Source: a virus | Lineage: Duplodnaviria > Caudoviricetes | Direction: 5' to 3' (one strand) | DNA length: 62,064 nt | Virus record (IMG/VR): IMGVR_UViG_3300015360_000003 | Coordinates: 1 to 62,064 of that record | Part shown: one piece after another, positions 7,633-16,367 of the stretch | Layout of the letters: every line of letters starts with the position of its first letter | Position numbering within the stretch: the stretch's first letter is position 1 | Notes under the pieces: generated by a model | The model's database searches: none | The model's input: the letters and a program-made list of their open reading frames with translations, nothing else | Told to the model about the DNA's origin: nothing | Translations under genes and position numbers: made by a program

Positions 7633-7744
7633 AGTCTCGGTCAAGCAGCAGGTTTAAAAAATTCTGTACGACAAAGAAAGCGAGCAGGAGGATTCCAGCG
7701 AGCAAGGATGCGAGAATGAAGTGACCGCAGATTAAGCCGAGCAT
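7631..7744 (-). CDS. 37-aa membrane peptide (below ORF-track cutoff)
   Basis: MLGLICGHFILASLLAGILLLAFFVVQNFLNLLLDRD; GGAAAAC leader; TAA overlaps hairpin 8. Confidence 0.75.
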   Translation of the reverse strand: MLGLICGHFILASLLAGILLLAFFVVQNFLNLLLDRD

Positions 7745-7767
7745 TGTGTTTTCCGGTTTTTAAACGA

Positions 7768-7887
7768 TTATCGCGTAGCGAGATATCGGATGGCTCGATC
7801 TAGTCGCGCCAGCAGATCGGCGTCGTCTAAATCGTAGCGTACGATAGTGTTGCGAGCCGTTTTCAGTGTGTGCAAGAGTGTGCGCAT
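7768..7887 (-). CDS. 39-aa peptide (below ORF-track cutoff)
   Basis: MRTLLHTLKTARNTIVRYDLDDADLLARLDRAIRYLATR; AGGAAC leader right after hairpin 9. Confidence 0.7.
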   Translation of the reverse strand: MRTLLHTLKTARNTIVRYDLDDADLLARLDRAIRYLATR

Positions 7888-7905
7888 AGCAGTTCCTTTT
7901 TTTGT

Positions 7906-7955
7906 AAACGTTCAATCGATCGGCCTGGCGAACCTGGCCGATCCGTTGAAAGTTT
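7906..7955 (-). repeat. Intergenic hairpin element, copy 9
   Basis: One mismatch to copy 10; overlaps the TAA of 7954-8202. Confidence 0.95.
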
Positions 7956-8202
7956 AAGCTTTGAACCAATCGTTGCCGATTTTTTCGTAGCCTCCTTGAT
8001 TTTTGAGGTATCCGTCAAAGTCGGCGTGATCGGATTCGAGCATCTTGAATTTGGCCGTGCCGTTTTCGTGGTGCGAGATCATCTCGTCAAGCCGTAGGAT
8101 CGTAGCGTCGATAGCAGCGTCGCGTGTTTCGCCAGCGCCAAAAACACAAACGCCGAGTTGGACGACTGCGAATTTGATAGGGTTTTGGTTGTTCGATTTC
8201 AT
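7954..8202 (-). CDS. Hypothetical protein (family A)
   Basis: KFAVVQLG..GAGETR..ESDHADFDGYL..GGYEKIGNDWF. Confidence 0.85.
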   Translation of the reverse strand: MKSNNQNPIKFAVVQLGVCVFGAGETRDAAIDATILRLDEMISHHENGTAKFKMLESDHADFDGYLKNQGGYEKIGNDWFKA

Positions 8203-8222
8203 TTTGATTTCCGGTTTAAATT

Positions 8223-8272
8223 AAACGTTCAATCGATCGGCCAGGCGAACCTGGCCGATCCGTTGAAAGTTT
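8223..8272 (-). repeat. Intergenic hairpin element, copy 10
   Basis: GATCGGCCAGG-CGAA-CCTGGCCGATC perfect upper stem; overlaps the TAA of 8271-8489. Confidence 0.95.
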
Positions 8273-8489
8273 AATCGTCGCTTTCAACGTTGACAAAAGA
8301 TTCGCCGTCTTCTGTCAAATTGCATTCCCAGTCACCGGGGCGTTCGGCACCAATCCGATGAATTCGCAGCAAACCTTCAGCTTCGAGCGCCAAGAGATCG
8401 GCCAGTTTGTACACGTCCGTAAAGTGCTCTCTGCGCTCGTTGTAATCCGTGATGTGCTCTAAGATCTGGCATTTTTGTTTATCGTTCAT
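8271..8489 (-). CDS. Winged-helix-like small protein (family B)
   Basis: HFTDVY..L.ALEAEGLLRI..LTEDG. Confidence 0.8.
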   Translation of the reverse strand: MNDKQKCQILEHITDYNERREHFTDVYKLADLLALEAEGLLRIHRIGAERPGDWECNLTEDGESFVNVESDD

Positions 8490-8513
8490 TTTGATTTCCT
8501 TTTTTTGGTTAAA

Positions 8514-8642
8514 CTAAAATCTGCGCGCTCGGCGCGCTACGTCGTTAGTCAGATACGCGATACCGACAGATATCGCGAGCACGACGAGTAAAGCGATCGC
8601 TGCGTAGATCTCAATGTCGATGTGGGGAAGTAAATTGAGCAT
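8514..8642 (-). CDS. 42-aa membrane peptide, first gene of the early operon
   Basis: MLNLLPHIDIEIYAAIALLVVLAISVGIAYLTNDVARRARRF; AGGAAC leader. Confidence 0.7.
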   Translation of the reverse strand: MLNLLPHIDIEIYAAIALLVVLAISVGIAYLTNDVARRARRF

Positions 8643-8670
8643 TTTGAGTTCCTTTTCTAGACCGCAATTC

Positions 8671-8731
8671 AGCATAACCTGATAGATGCGCGTCAGTCAA
8701 GCAAAAGGTGTATTTAATTTATTTTTTTTAA
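8671..8731 (-). promoter_or_regulatory. Sigma70-like early promoter with AT-rich UP element
   Basis: TTGACT (8700-8695), 18-nt spacer, TATGCT (8676-8671); A/T tract 8711-8731. Confidence 0.7.
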
Positions 8732-8834
8732 CTTGATATCGGCACAAAACGTATTCACGCGTAAAATCGAGTAGTTAATACGGCAAATGGTGTAGTCGCC
8801 GCACTGTATATATACAGTGCAATCGCGTCACGGA

Positions 8835-8907
8835 TGATCGCCGCTGCCCAAATTGATCGCCGCTGCCCAAATTGATCGCCGCTGCCCAAATGATCGTCGC
8901 TGCCCAA
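8835..8907. repeat. ~19-bp tandem repeat x4
   Basis: TGATCGCCGCTGCCCAAAT units at 8835, 8854, 8873, 8891. Confidence 0.9.
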
Positions 8908-9160
8908 GTAGATCGTCGTGCGTGTGGGTACGCGCATCGTTCGTTCGAGTGGATGCTTCGGACTCGGACGGATGATCGTGGATCGGACGTTGGGTTAGGG
9001 ACTAGTTTTGAACAACTGGTGAAGTAAGGCTTCGATTCGCAACTGAGTACTCTCTTTTCTGTGGCTAGGGATCGGTCACCGATTCGCCTAGACCCCCCCC
9101 CCTACGCCCAGGATCGATATAGATCGATTTTAAAAAAGTGTGCAGCGGCCGATGAAGAAA

Positions 9161-9210
9161 TACACCATATGGTTACACATACATGTACACCGTATGGTTA
9201 CCCATACATG
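9161..9210. repeat. 25-bp direct repeat x2
   Basis: TACACC(A/G)TATGGTTAC(A/C)CATACATG. Confidence 0.85.
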
Positions 9211-9244
9211 GGCAGCAGCCACCCTTCACAGCCAAGCAAAGGCT

Positions 9245-9273
9245 TTGACGAGCACGGCAAAACCCCGTACTCT
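9245..9273 (+). promoter_or_regulatory. Sigma70-like promoter, probably giving a leaderless transcript
   Basis: TTGACG-N17-TACTCT; ATG at 9280 with no SD. Confidence 0.6.
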
Positions 9274-9279
9274 ATATGT

Positions 9280-9621
9280 ATGGTGAAAAAGAAACTCGGC
9301 GGCGACACTTTACCGATACACGCGGAGACGAACACTCCAGAGTTCTTCAGTATCCACACAGTCTCAAACTATGAGCTGGAACAGTTCACGGCCATAGATG
9401 AAGGGCATACAGAGAAAGAGACGACGGTTGCCGACCTTCAGCATTTAAACAATCATCTGGCGATGTGTAATGGGGTGCTGCCCCAAATCAAAACCATTCA
9501 GTCACTCTGTATGATATCGAACACCGTGTGCAAATTAATCGAGACGCGCAGGAAAGTTAAGAAGTTGCCATTCGGGGACCCGAAAGGCGGCGGGGGCCAG
9601 ACGATTGAAATACTAGAGTAG
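9280..9621 (+). CDS. Hypothetical protein (terminase small subunit candidate by position only)
   Basis: 3' part of ORF 9061-9621 from MVKKK; converges on TerL. Confidence 0.55.
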   Translation: MVKKKLGGDTLPIHAETNTPEFFSIHTVSNYELEQFTAIDEGHTEKETTVADLQHLNNHLAMCNGVLPQIKTIQSLCMISNTVCKLIETRRKVKKLPFGDPKGGGGQTIEILE

Positions 9622-9626
9622 CGTCT

Positions 9627-11498
9627 TTAAAAAGACCGTTTCCCTAGTAAACTTCCAATCCCTTTAGAATAAGCAGCCCTTGGGTTGTAAGGGGCCTTTG
9701 GAGCCAACTGCTCTTGGTATGCTTTAAGAGCGACATCGTAATGCCTAGACTCTTCGTTCGCATAGCGCACCACTTCTAGTTCCTGCCCAGGGAAGAATCC
9801 GAAGTGCAGGATTGCGGACTGCAGACAGAGCATGGCGGCGTCCGCTTCATCAGGAGAGCGCCCTAAACTAGAATTGGCTTTCGACATCCGGCTTTTGTAT
9901 TCGGCTTTCTTCTCAAGTGCCTTCTTTCCGCCCTTATCGATAATATGTCTCGTGTGAAGCTGGCCGTAAGCCAACGGGTCGAGGCCGTGTATCTGCCTGT
10001 TCGTGATGAATTCTTTTCCGGTTGTCCACATCTCGTAAGAAGAAGTAGTAACGATGTCGGGGCTGTTTACTTTATGCTGCCCGATGTTTGTCGAATATAT
10101 TTTCGTTGGCGTAAAGCCTGTACCTGAACGCAGTTGAATCACGTCAGCCAGGCCACGACCCTGACCGGAAGCATCGATACACAAAACATTTAAAGGGATT
10201 TGGTATTGGATACAGATAGCAATTACCTGGTCGGCTATTTGAATCTCTGCCGACTTTCCAGTGTTCGGCAGGATCTTAATATGAAATACAAAGTGCGGAC
10301 CTCGATAATCTAAAACCATCCTGCCGTTTACATGATGACCGAGAACGGCTAGGCGCAGGATACATTTATCCCCGCCAGTAGAAAAAGCAGGATCTAATCC
10401 GGCAGTGATGTGTAGTGTATGGAGGCCCGAAAATTCTGCAGGGCGTGTTGGGTCGTAGTCTTTTAAGAACTCCTCAGTGACTATTTTCTTAGACTCTGTG
10501 GATCTCGCTTTCCAAAAACCCATCGTGAATCGCCAGAAGCCGTCAGAGTCTACGCCTTCATTCCGTTCCGACTCGATTAACTTCTCTTCTGTCATTAAGA
10601 AAACAGAGAGCGCTTTCTTTTTAACAGGGTCTGTTTCGTGTATGGCAGGGGAGTCATACGGATTAAAATAAAGACAGACGCCGTTAGGTTGGGTTGTGAC
10701 CCAACGGAAATCTTTTTTCGGATCGATGTTTCCCCAGCCCACGGCAGGGATAGATACAACACCGTGCAGGTCTTCAGTAGAGTTAGGGTTTCCGATAGCG
10801 ACTGCTTGAAAGCGATCCGCCAATCCCTTTTTAAGATTGGGTACGGCATTAAGAATAGCCATCGGCATCTCAGTAGCTTCGTCTAAGATAAGCATTAGAG
10901 CGCTCTTAGGATGCCGTCCGATAATGTTTTTAATCGTATCTTCCTCAGACCCCTGCTTAGCTGCGATGCCGTAGATGCCGTGGATGAAGTCAGGAGGTTC
11001 TAGAGCAATCGACGGCGGCGGCGTATTGTTTATCCGCAGGGGGTATTTGATTTTTGATTCTTTCAATGCTCGCAGCACGTAGCCGTAGATGCGGGATTTT
11101 AATGAATCAAGAGTTGTAGAGGTTACGATGACTGTATGTTTGTGCGGCAGGGACTGAAAGAAGATCGCCGCCACGTAGGCAATCGATTGTGTTTTTCCAA
11201 TACCACCCCCACCGGCGAGGGAGAAGAACTCAGTATCGTGATCGCAGTGTTCCCAAAAGATCCGCTCCATCCAGTAATTGTACGTGATGACTTGTTCAGG
11301 CCATTGGATTTCAAAGACGCGCTTCATAGCGTCGAAACGGGTTTGGTGCGATTCGTCCGTTCGATAGACTTTGTTATAGATTGCTAGTGGGTGGGTGAGC
11401 GGGAAGGATTTTCCAAAGGCCCAGACGTTGTTGCCGTCTACTTCCCACCCTTCAGCAATGCAGGCTTGTTCTTTCGTATAGCCAGGCGTGGACTTCAT
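9627..11498 (-). CDS. terL: Terminase large subunit
   Basis: Walker A GGGGIGKT, Walker B LILDEA, AIGNPN coupling motif, nuclease GLDPA/IDASG/SPDEADA. Confidence 0.92.
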   Translation of the reverse strand: MKSTPGYTKEQACIAEGWEVDGNNVWAFGKSFPLTHPLAIYNKVYRTDESHQTRFDAMKRVFEIQWPEQVITYNYWMERIFWEHCDHDTEFFSLAGGGGIGKTQSIAYVAAIFFQSLPHKHTVIVTSTTLDSLKSRIYGYVLRALKESKIKYPLRINNTPPPSIALEPPDFIHGIYGIAAKQGSEEDTIKNIIGRHPKSALMLILDEATEMPMAILNAVPNLKKGLADRFQAVAIGNPNSTEDLHGVVSIPAVGWGNIDPKKDFRWVTTQPNGVCLYFNPYDSPAIHETDPVKKKALSVFLMTEEKLIESERNEGVDSDGFWRFTMGFWKARSTESKKIVTEEFLKDYDPTRPAEFSGLHTLHITAGLDPAFSTGGDKCILRLAVLGHHVNGRMVLDYRGPHFVFHIKILPNTGKSAEIQIADQVIAICIQYQIPLNVLCIDASGQGRGLADVIQLRSGTGFTPTKIYSTNIGQHKVNSPDIVTTSSYEMWTTGKEFITNRQIHGLDPLAYGQLHTRHIIDKGGKKALEKKAEYKSRMSKANSSLGRSPDEADAAMLCLQSAILHFGFFPGQELEVVRYANEESRHYDVALKAYQEQLAPKAPYNPRAAYSKGIGSLLGKRSF

Positions 11499-11563
11499 AT
11501 GGTAATGTACCGACTATCCTGCATATACCTCTCAAGTATAGCAGAGTACTAATTGAGTGACCA

Positions 11564-12154
11564 ATGACATTTAGAAAATTCAAAGCTTTAGAGATTTCTC
11601 GCGTCGTCGAGTTTAAAGACCCTGATACTGGGTTGCTGTATACAGCAAAAAATCTCTCTGCGCTGTACGGAAAAATAGTCTCTTACCGCGTACAGAATCA
11701 ATTGGAAATGATCGACCACTTGGCGGAAGTAGTAGCAAATTACTTATGCGGCCTACCTGAAAACTGCAACAAATGTGAGCCGTTGAAAATGCACCGTTCT
11801 TGGTACACGACGGTTCAAGGTGGGATGCTTCTTTTAAAGAACATGTGGTTTAAGAAGCAGTGTTCTCAGAAGACAGCCGAGGCACGGGCGGCTCAATGTG
11901 TAACGTGCAAGTTCAACGTGTTCCCAGATAAAGGACCGTGGATGGCCTTTGCCGACAACATTGCGATTGGACAGGTAGGGGACAAGCATGTGTCAGTCGA
12001 GAAAGAGACTGGTTCTTGTTCGGTGTGTACCTGTGTAATACGGTCAAAAGTATTCTGGGGGGATACACTACCCGCGTTTCCAGATGACCAGGTATCTAAG
12101 TTTAGAGAAGTTTCGTGTTGGCAATTAAAGCTGAGTGGGCAAGATGCAAAATAA
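11564..12154 (+). CDS. Hypothetical Cys-rich (Zn-binding-like) protein
   Basis: CVTCKFN..CSVCTC..CW; first gene of the structural operon. Confidence 0.75.
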   Translation: MTFRKFKALEISRVVEFKDPDTGLLYTAKNLSALYGKIVSYRVQNQLEMIDHLAEVVANYLCGLPENCNKCEPLKMHRSWYTTVQGGMLLLKNMWFKKQCSQKTAEARAAQCVTCKFNVFPDKGPWMAFADNIAIGQVGDKHVSVEKETGSCSVCTCVIRSKVFWGDTLPAFPDDQVSKFREVSCWQLKLSGQDAK

Positions 12155-14606
12155 CAATATCTCTCCGTTCATGCGGGAAATGATTACGCAAAAACCCAAC
12201 GGTGATCTAGAGGCACCAGACAATATTTTAAAGACTGTTTCAGCAGCGTACCAGCAATACATATCGGTACGCGCAGGCGATATCGAGCGTATCGCCGTAC
12301 AGTCCGCAATCCTCGGTATGGTCGGCGGTAATCCTCCGTATGACCAGGATGAACTAGAGGCTAATGGCCTTGGGCATATTGCGAACTTTAATACTTTTAA
12401 AGGTCGGTCTTGGTATGAGAAAACCGCCCAGGGCTACTGGAACCTTATTAACTCTGCTGAAGTGTACGTCAAGGTAGAGGGCACACCTTCGGTTGCCCCA
12501 AATGTGCAGGACTGGTGCGACACGATGGCGCGTCACTACAGCGATGTGACAAAGATGTGGGAAGACTTCCAGCCGAATTTCAATCTGCTCGGCTCGCAGT
12601 TAACACTGTTCGGCATGTCCCCAATATTTTATCCGCATGAGGAGTCTCCACTTTGGGAAGTGGTAGACGTGAGCCGCTTTCATATTCCTGCACAAACGCA
12701 GGTCTTCATATCGAAGCTGTCAAACGTGTCGGTAGAGACTACGTACAGCATACAAGATCTGTACCAGATATATACAAAGTCAGATAAGTCAGGACCATGG
12801 AATAAAAAAGCCCTGGGCGATTACCTGTTGTTGTACGCCAACACGGTTTATCCAGAGACGATTAAGCAACCGTTTTCGATGGTAGAGCTTCAGCGCTTTG
12901 TCTCGAATAACGATTCCGCAGTGCAGCGGTACTTCACGGACACTGTTCGATTAGTAAATATGTACCAGAAAGAATACGACGGGAAGATATCCCACTACAT
13001 ATTCTCCCCTGATTTTTTTAGTTCCGCAGAGAAGAATACAGACTTAACAAGCGATTTCTTGTTCTTTAAAGACAGGCAGTACGAATCGATTGAAGAAGCA
13101 GTAATTATCTTCACAGCAAACCCTGGGGAGTGGACTATCCACGGCAATCTTGGACTGGGGCAAAAGATGTACGCAGCAGTCACGGCGATTAATATGCTCG
13201 ATTGCTCAATCTTAGATATGAGTAAGATGGCGTCTACGCCGCTTATTAAAACCCTTGCTACAGGCGGCAGGGAGTTTTCCGCAATTCGATTTACTCCAGG
13301 AGTAGCCACTGACATTGGGTCTGCGGAGTTTGTTCAAAATACGCTAGGAGTAAACATCCAACCAGCGGTCGTAGCCGCGCAGTACCTGACTCAAGGCATA
13401 GAATTAAACGCGGCGAACAGTGGCGATGACCCATCGTTTCCCGATAGAGCAACAGGATCTCTTGCTGCAGGAGAGGCTCGGAATAAAGCGATTAAGGAAT
13501 TCGGACCCCTTCGTAACGCAGTAGCGCATTTTTACAACACGTTCGATAAGCCAGTACGGACGACATTTATCCGGTTTTTAAAGATTGTAAAAGGCAGGTC
13601 GGATGTCCCCGGCTATGACTTAGCGGTTGAATGGCAGCGAAGATGTGTTGAAGACGGCGTACCGGACTTTATGTTCGATACGGTTAAGACCGGACTTCGG
13701 GGACTGCCGATACAGTTTAGAGACGTGCGAGCTACTAGGGCTGCAGGGGATGGATCAACGCTTGCCAGGATTATGGGCCTTGAGATGTTAACACCTGTCA
13801 TGGGCACGTTTGATGCCAAGGCGATTAATAACTACACGAAAGACTACGTGCTCGCGACAAACGGACCAGATTATGTTTCGCGGTACGTGTCTAACCAAGC
13901 GAATGATGAACTATCAGGCGGGGCATCATTAGCGCGTACAGAAGACAATCTGATGAAGCTCGGTCAGGAGCCGTTGTTTAGTGCAGACAATGATCAGGCA
14001 GCACACGGCGACGAGCACATGGGAACGGCCACGGCGGTTGTACAGGCTGTTGCACAGCAGCAGATGTCCCCGGTTGACGCGGATAAACTGATGGCGCTAA
14101 TGCTTCCGCATTTGACGGAGCACGTTCAGTTCATGTCGAAGTCTCCCCAGTTTTATCGGGACACTTTAAATGGGCTGATGGACCCGTATAAGCAGCTTGC
14201 ACAGTGGGCGCAGTTGAACCGTCGCAATGCCGAGGCAATGGTGCAGGCCGCGAAGCGTAAACAGCAAGAGGACGCCGCAGCCACTCAGCAGGTTATGGAC
14301 GACGCGCAGCGTAAAGATTTCGTCGCTAAGGCGGATGTGGCAAGGGCAGACGTTAAGGTGGCCGCGCAGAACGAGCGGGGCGATAGGGCGAACGATACCC
14401 GCGCACGTATCATGGAGAAAAAGGTAGACAGTGACGCAGATATAAAACGCAGGAAGGTAGAGCTTGAGGCGCAGATTAAGCAAGACGCCACAGCGATAGG
14501 CAGATCGCGAACAGAGTTAGCAGCAAAGAGCCAGGAAGAATTGTCAGCCCAGCTCTCTGGTATGATAGGCAGTACCCCATCAACTTCGGATTTTGAACCC
14601 CTATGA
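12144..14606 (+). CDS. Probable portal protein
   Basis: ~820 aa, GNPPY N-terminal motif, Q/A-rich helical C-terminus, upstream of scaffold and capsid genes. Confidence 0.72.
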   Translation: MQNNNISPFMREMITQKPNGDLEAPDNILKTVSAAYQQYISVRAGDIERIAVQSAILGMVGGNPPYDQDELEANGLGHIANFNTFKGRSWYEKTAQGYWNLINSAEVYVKVEGTPSVAPNVQDWCDTMARHYSDVTKMWEDFQPNFNLLGSQLTLFGMSPIFYPHEESPLWEVVDVSRFHIPAQTQVFISKLSNVSVETTYSIQDLYQIYTKSDKSGPWNKKALGDYLLLYANTVYPETIKQPFSMVELQRFVSNNDSAVQRYFTDTVRLVNMYQKEYDGKISHYIFSPDFFSSAEKNTDLTSDFLFFKDRQYESIEEAVIIFTANPGEWTIHGNLGLGQKMYAAVTAINMLDCSILDMSKMASTPLIKTLATGGREFSAIRFTPGVATDIGSAEFVQNTLGVNIQPAVVAAQYLTQGIELNAANSGDDPSFPDRATGSLAAGEARNKAIKEFGPLRNAVAHFYNTFDKPVRTTFIRFLKIVKGRSDVPGYDLAVEWQRRCVEDGVPDFMFDTVKTGLRGLPIQFRDVRATRAAGDGSTLARIMGLEMLTPVMGTFDAKAINNYTKDYVLATNGPDYVSRYVSNQANDELSGGASLARTEDNLMKLGQEPLFSADNDQAAHGDEHMGTATAVVQAVAQQQMSPVDADKLMALMLPHLTEHVQFMSKSPQFYRDTLNGLMDPYKQLAQWAQLNRRNAEAMVQAAKRKQQEDAAATQQVMDDAQRKDFVAKADVARADVKVAAQNERGDRANDTRARIMEKKVDSDADIKRRKVELEAQIKQDATAIGRSRTELAAKSQEELSAQLSGMIGSTPSTSDFEPL

Positions 14607-14956
14607 CGGCAATAGAGATTGAATTAAACAGGTTTCGTGGATCTACCGATGCGGTCAGATCATACACTGACGCTAAGAATGGACTGCTTAGGAGTGGTAT
14701 CTTAGGGATTCTGCGCCAGTTCGCCCGTCCGTTTACTCGTGACAATGGAGCGAATCCCTATTCCGCCGCGTATAGCGCAGGCGTGTCGGAAGGGTACAAC
14801 CGCTGTTTAGACGACCTTATCTATTTCGAGGAGATTTATCTCACTAATACTACAGGTAAGAAAAACGTATCCGCTAACTTCGGAGGCTACGCGCTGGCGG
14901 AAGCCCGTGGGGATTTAACAAAAGCTGAGACAGAGAGGTTAAAGGGTGGAAAATAA
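14603..14956 (+). CDS. Hypothetical protein
   Basis: ATGA-coupled to the portal gene. Confidence 0.75.
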   Translation: MTAIEIELNRFRGSTDAVRSYTDAKNGLLRSGILGILRQFARPFTRDNGANPYSAAYSAGVSEGYNRCLDDLIYFEEIYLTNTTGKKNVSANFGGYALAEARGDLTKAETERLKGGK

Positions 14957-16211
14957 TACCGTGTACAAGCCGAAAGCGAACAGGGCGTTTGATGTTTTAA
15001 AGCGAGTCCCTGGAGGAGACAAATTAGTTCCCATGTCTCCAGTAGACGAGCAGGTCGTACCCCCTGTCGAGCACGCTGCGCCTCCTGCCGAAGTAGTGAG
15101 CGCTCCTATTATCGAGACAGAATATGATATCGATCCCCCGGCAGGGGCAGATACCCTTCCTAAGAATGTTATTCCAGCAGAGTTTGTTCCTGAAGATGCT
15201 ACAGATGAAGTCGATCAATTAATCGATAAGAACGCATCTACAGGGGAGAACTTTAAGAAGCTCCGTACAAAACTCAAAGCTGTGACAAAAGAGCGGGCGG
15301 TTTTCTCAGAGGAGCTAGAAGGACTTCGTAAAAAGGTTAAAGAGTACGACGACGGATTGGCGGTTCCTGATGTTACACAAAGACAGACAGATCGAATTAC
15401 CGAGCTTGAGAAGTACGAGCGCATTTATAATTTAAAAGCGTCCCCTGTTTATCAAGAGAAGATTGCGACTCCTTTAACAAAAGAGAGCGATAATCTTCAG
15501 ACATTGGCTACCGATCACACTGTTGAGGTATCGGATCTCCATAAAGCGTTTGGAGCAGCGACAGATAAAGAAACGAACCAGATGCTGATGCAGGCATTTA
15601 AAGGAGATGAGGTCGCCGTACTAGATGCCAAGGTAATCTTTAAAAACATCAAACGTATTCAGAATGACTCTCGCGCACTAGAGTCCGATGCACAGACATC
15701 TTTTACACGGATGCAAGAAGACAATGATCGAATACTTGCTGAGAAGCAGCAAAAGGCAAACGCCTCAATCGTACACGCCTCGCGGGGGGCGTGGTCCGAC
15801 TCGTTGGCGGAATTACGCACGGACAGTAGGTTCAGAGAGATTCAATATGTAGAGGGGGACACAGAGCATAACGAAAGGTATGTGCGCCCAATCTTAACGA
15901 AAGCCGCACAGGAGTATGGTCGTACGATTAGTATCCTGGCTCAACACGGACTGACCGAACTACCAAAAGAACTAGCGATGAAGTTCGCACGAGCGGATCA
16001 GCTGGCGCATTACTCAGCTGTTCTACTGGTCGAAAAAAACAAACTCGCGGTAGAAAACACCGAGCTAAAGTCACTCCTTAAATTACGTGGATACCTCAAT
16101 AACCCCAGCATAAACGGCACTGGTGCTAGCTCCTCCTATAGCGAAAAGACGGGCGCTGTCGGAACGAAAAACGTAGGAGCCAAAGTGCTTGATCGCGTCA
16201 TGAATAAATAA
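14946..16211 (+). CDS. Probable capsid scaffolding protein
   Basis: Acidic P/E-rich N-terminus, long coiled coil, directly upstream of the capsid gene. Confidence 0.6.
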   Translation: MENNTVYKPKANRAFDVLKRVPGGDKLVPMSPVDEQVVPPVEHAAPPAEVVSAPIIETEYDIDPPAGADTLPKNVIPAEFVPEDATDEVDQLIDKNASTGENFKKLRTKLKAVTKERAVFSEELEGLRKKVKEYDDGLAVPDVTQRQTDRITELEKYERIYNLKASPVYQEKIATPLTKESDNLQTLATDHTVEVSDLHKAFGAATDKETNQMLMQAFKGDEVAVLDAKVIFKNIKRIQNDSRALESDAQTSFTRMQEDNDRILAEKQQKANASIVHASRGAWSDSLAELRTDSRFREIQYVEGDTEHNERYVRPILTKAAQEYGRTISILAQHGLTELPKELAMKFARADQLAHYSAVLLVEKNKLAVENTELKSLLKLRGYLNNPSINGTGASSSYSEKTGAVGTKNVGAKVLDRVMNK

Positions 16212-16252
16212 GCTTTACAAGCTATTCGTTTTCAGACAACAATACCTGTATC

Positions 16253-16367
16253 CAGGTACTCATCCCTGCGTATAAAGATTCTTCTCTCTTCGGGAACATC
16301 TAACTTGTTCCTGTGATTACGCAGATCCTCAATTTCCAAATACAAATCTTTAAGAGGTTTACTCTTT
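16253..16367 (+). promoter_or_regulatory. Structured 5' leader of the capsid gene
   Basis: Stems TACCTG/CAGGTA, CTGCGTA/TACGCAG, GGAACA/TGTTCC, TAAAGATT/AATCTTTA; SD AAGAGG. Confidence 0.5.

Noticed and set aside
1509-8272. Canonical integron with attC sites
   Set aside because: No IntI or other tyrosine recombinase; arms do not match RYYYAAC/GTTRRRY with separate L boxes; kept only as an analogy
1509-8272. Hairpins as rho-independent terminators or CRISPR repeats
   Set aside because: No poly-U tail beyond the stem on the coding strand, they lead directly into RBSs, and the intervening DNA is whole genes
8755-9279. ORF 8755-8937 and the 5' part of ORF 9061-9621
   Set aside because: They run through tandem repeats and a C homopolymer; a promoter at 9245-9273 points to a start at 9280
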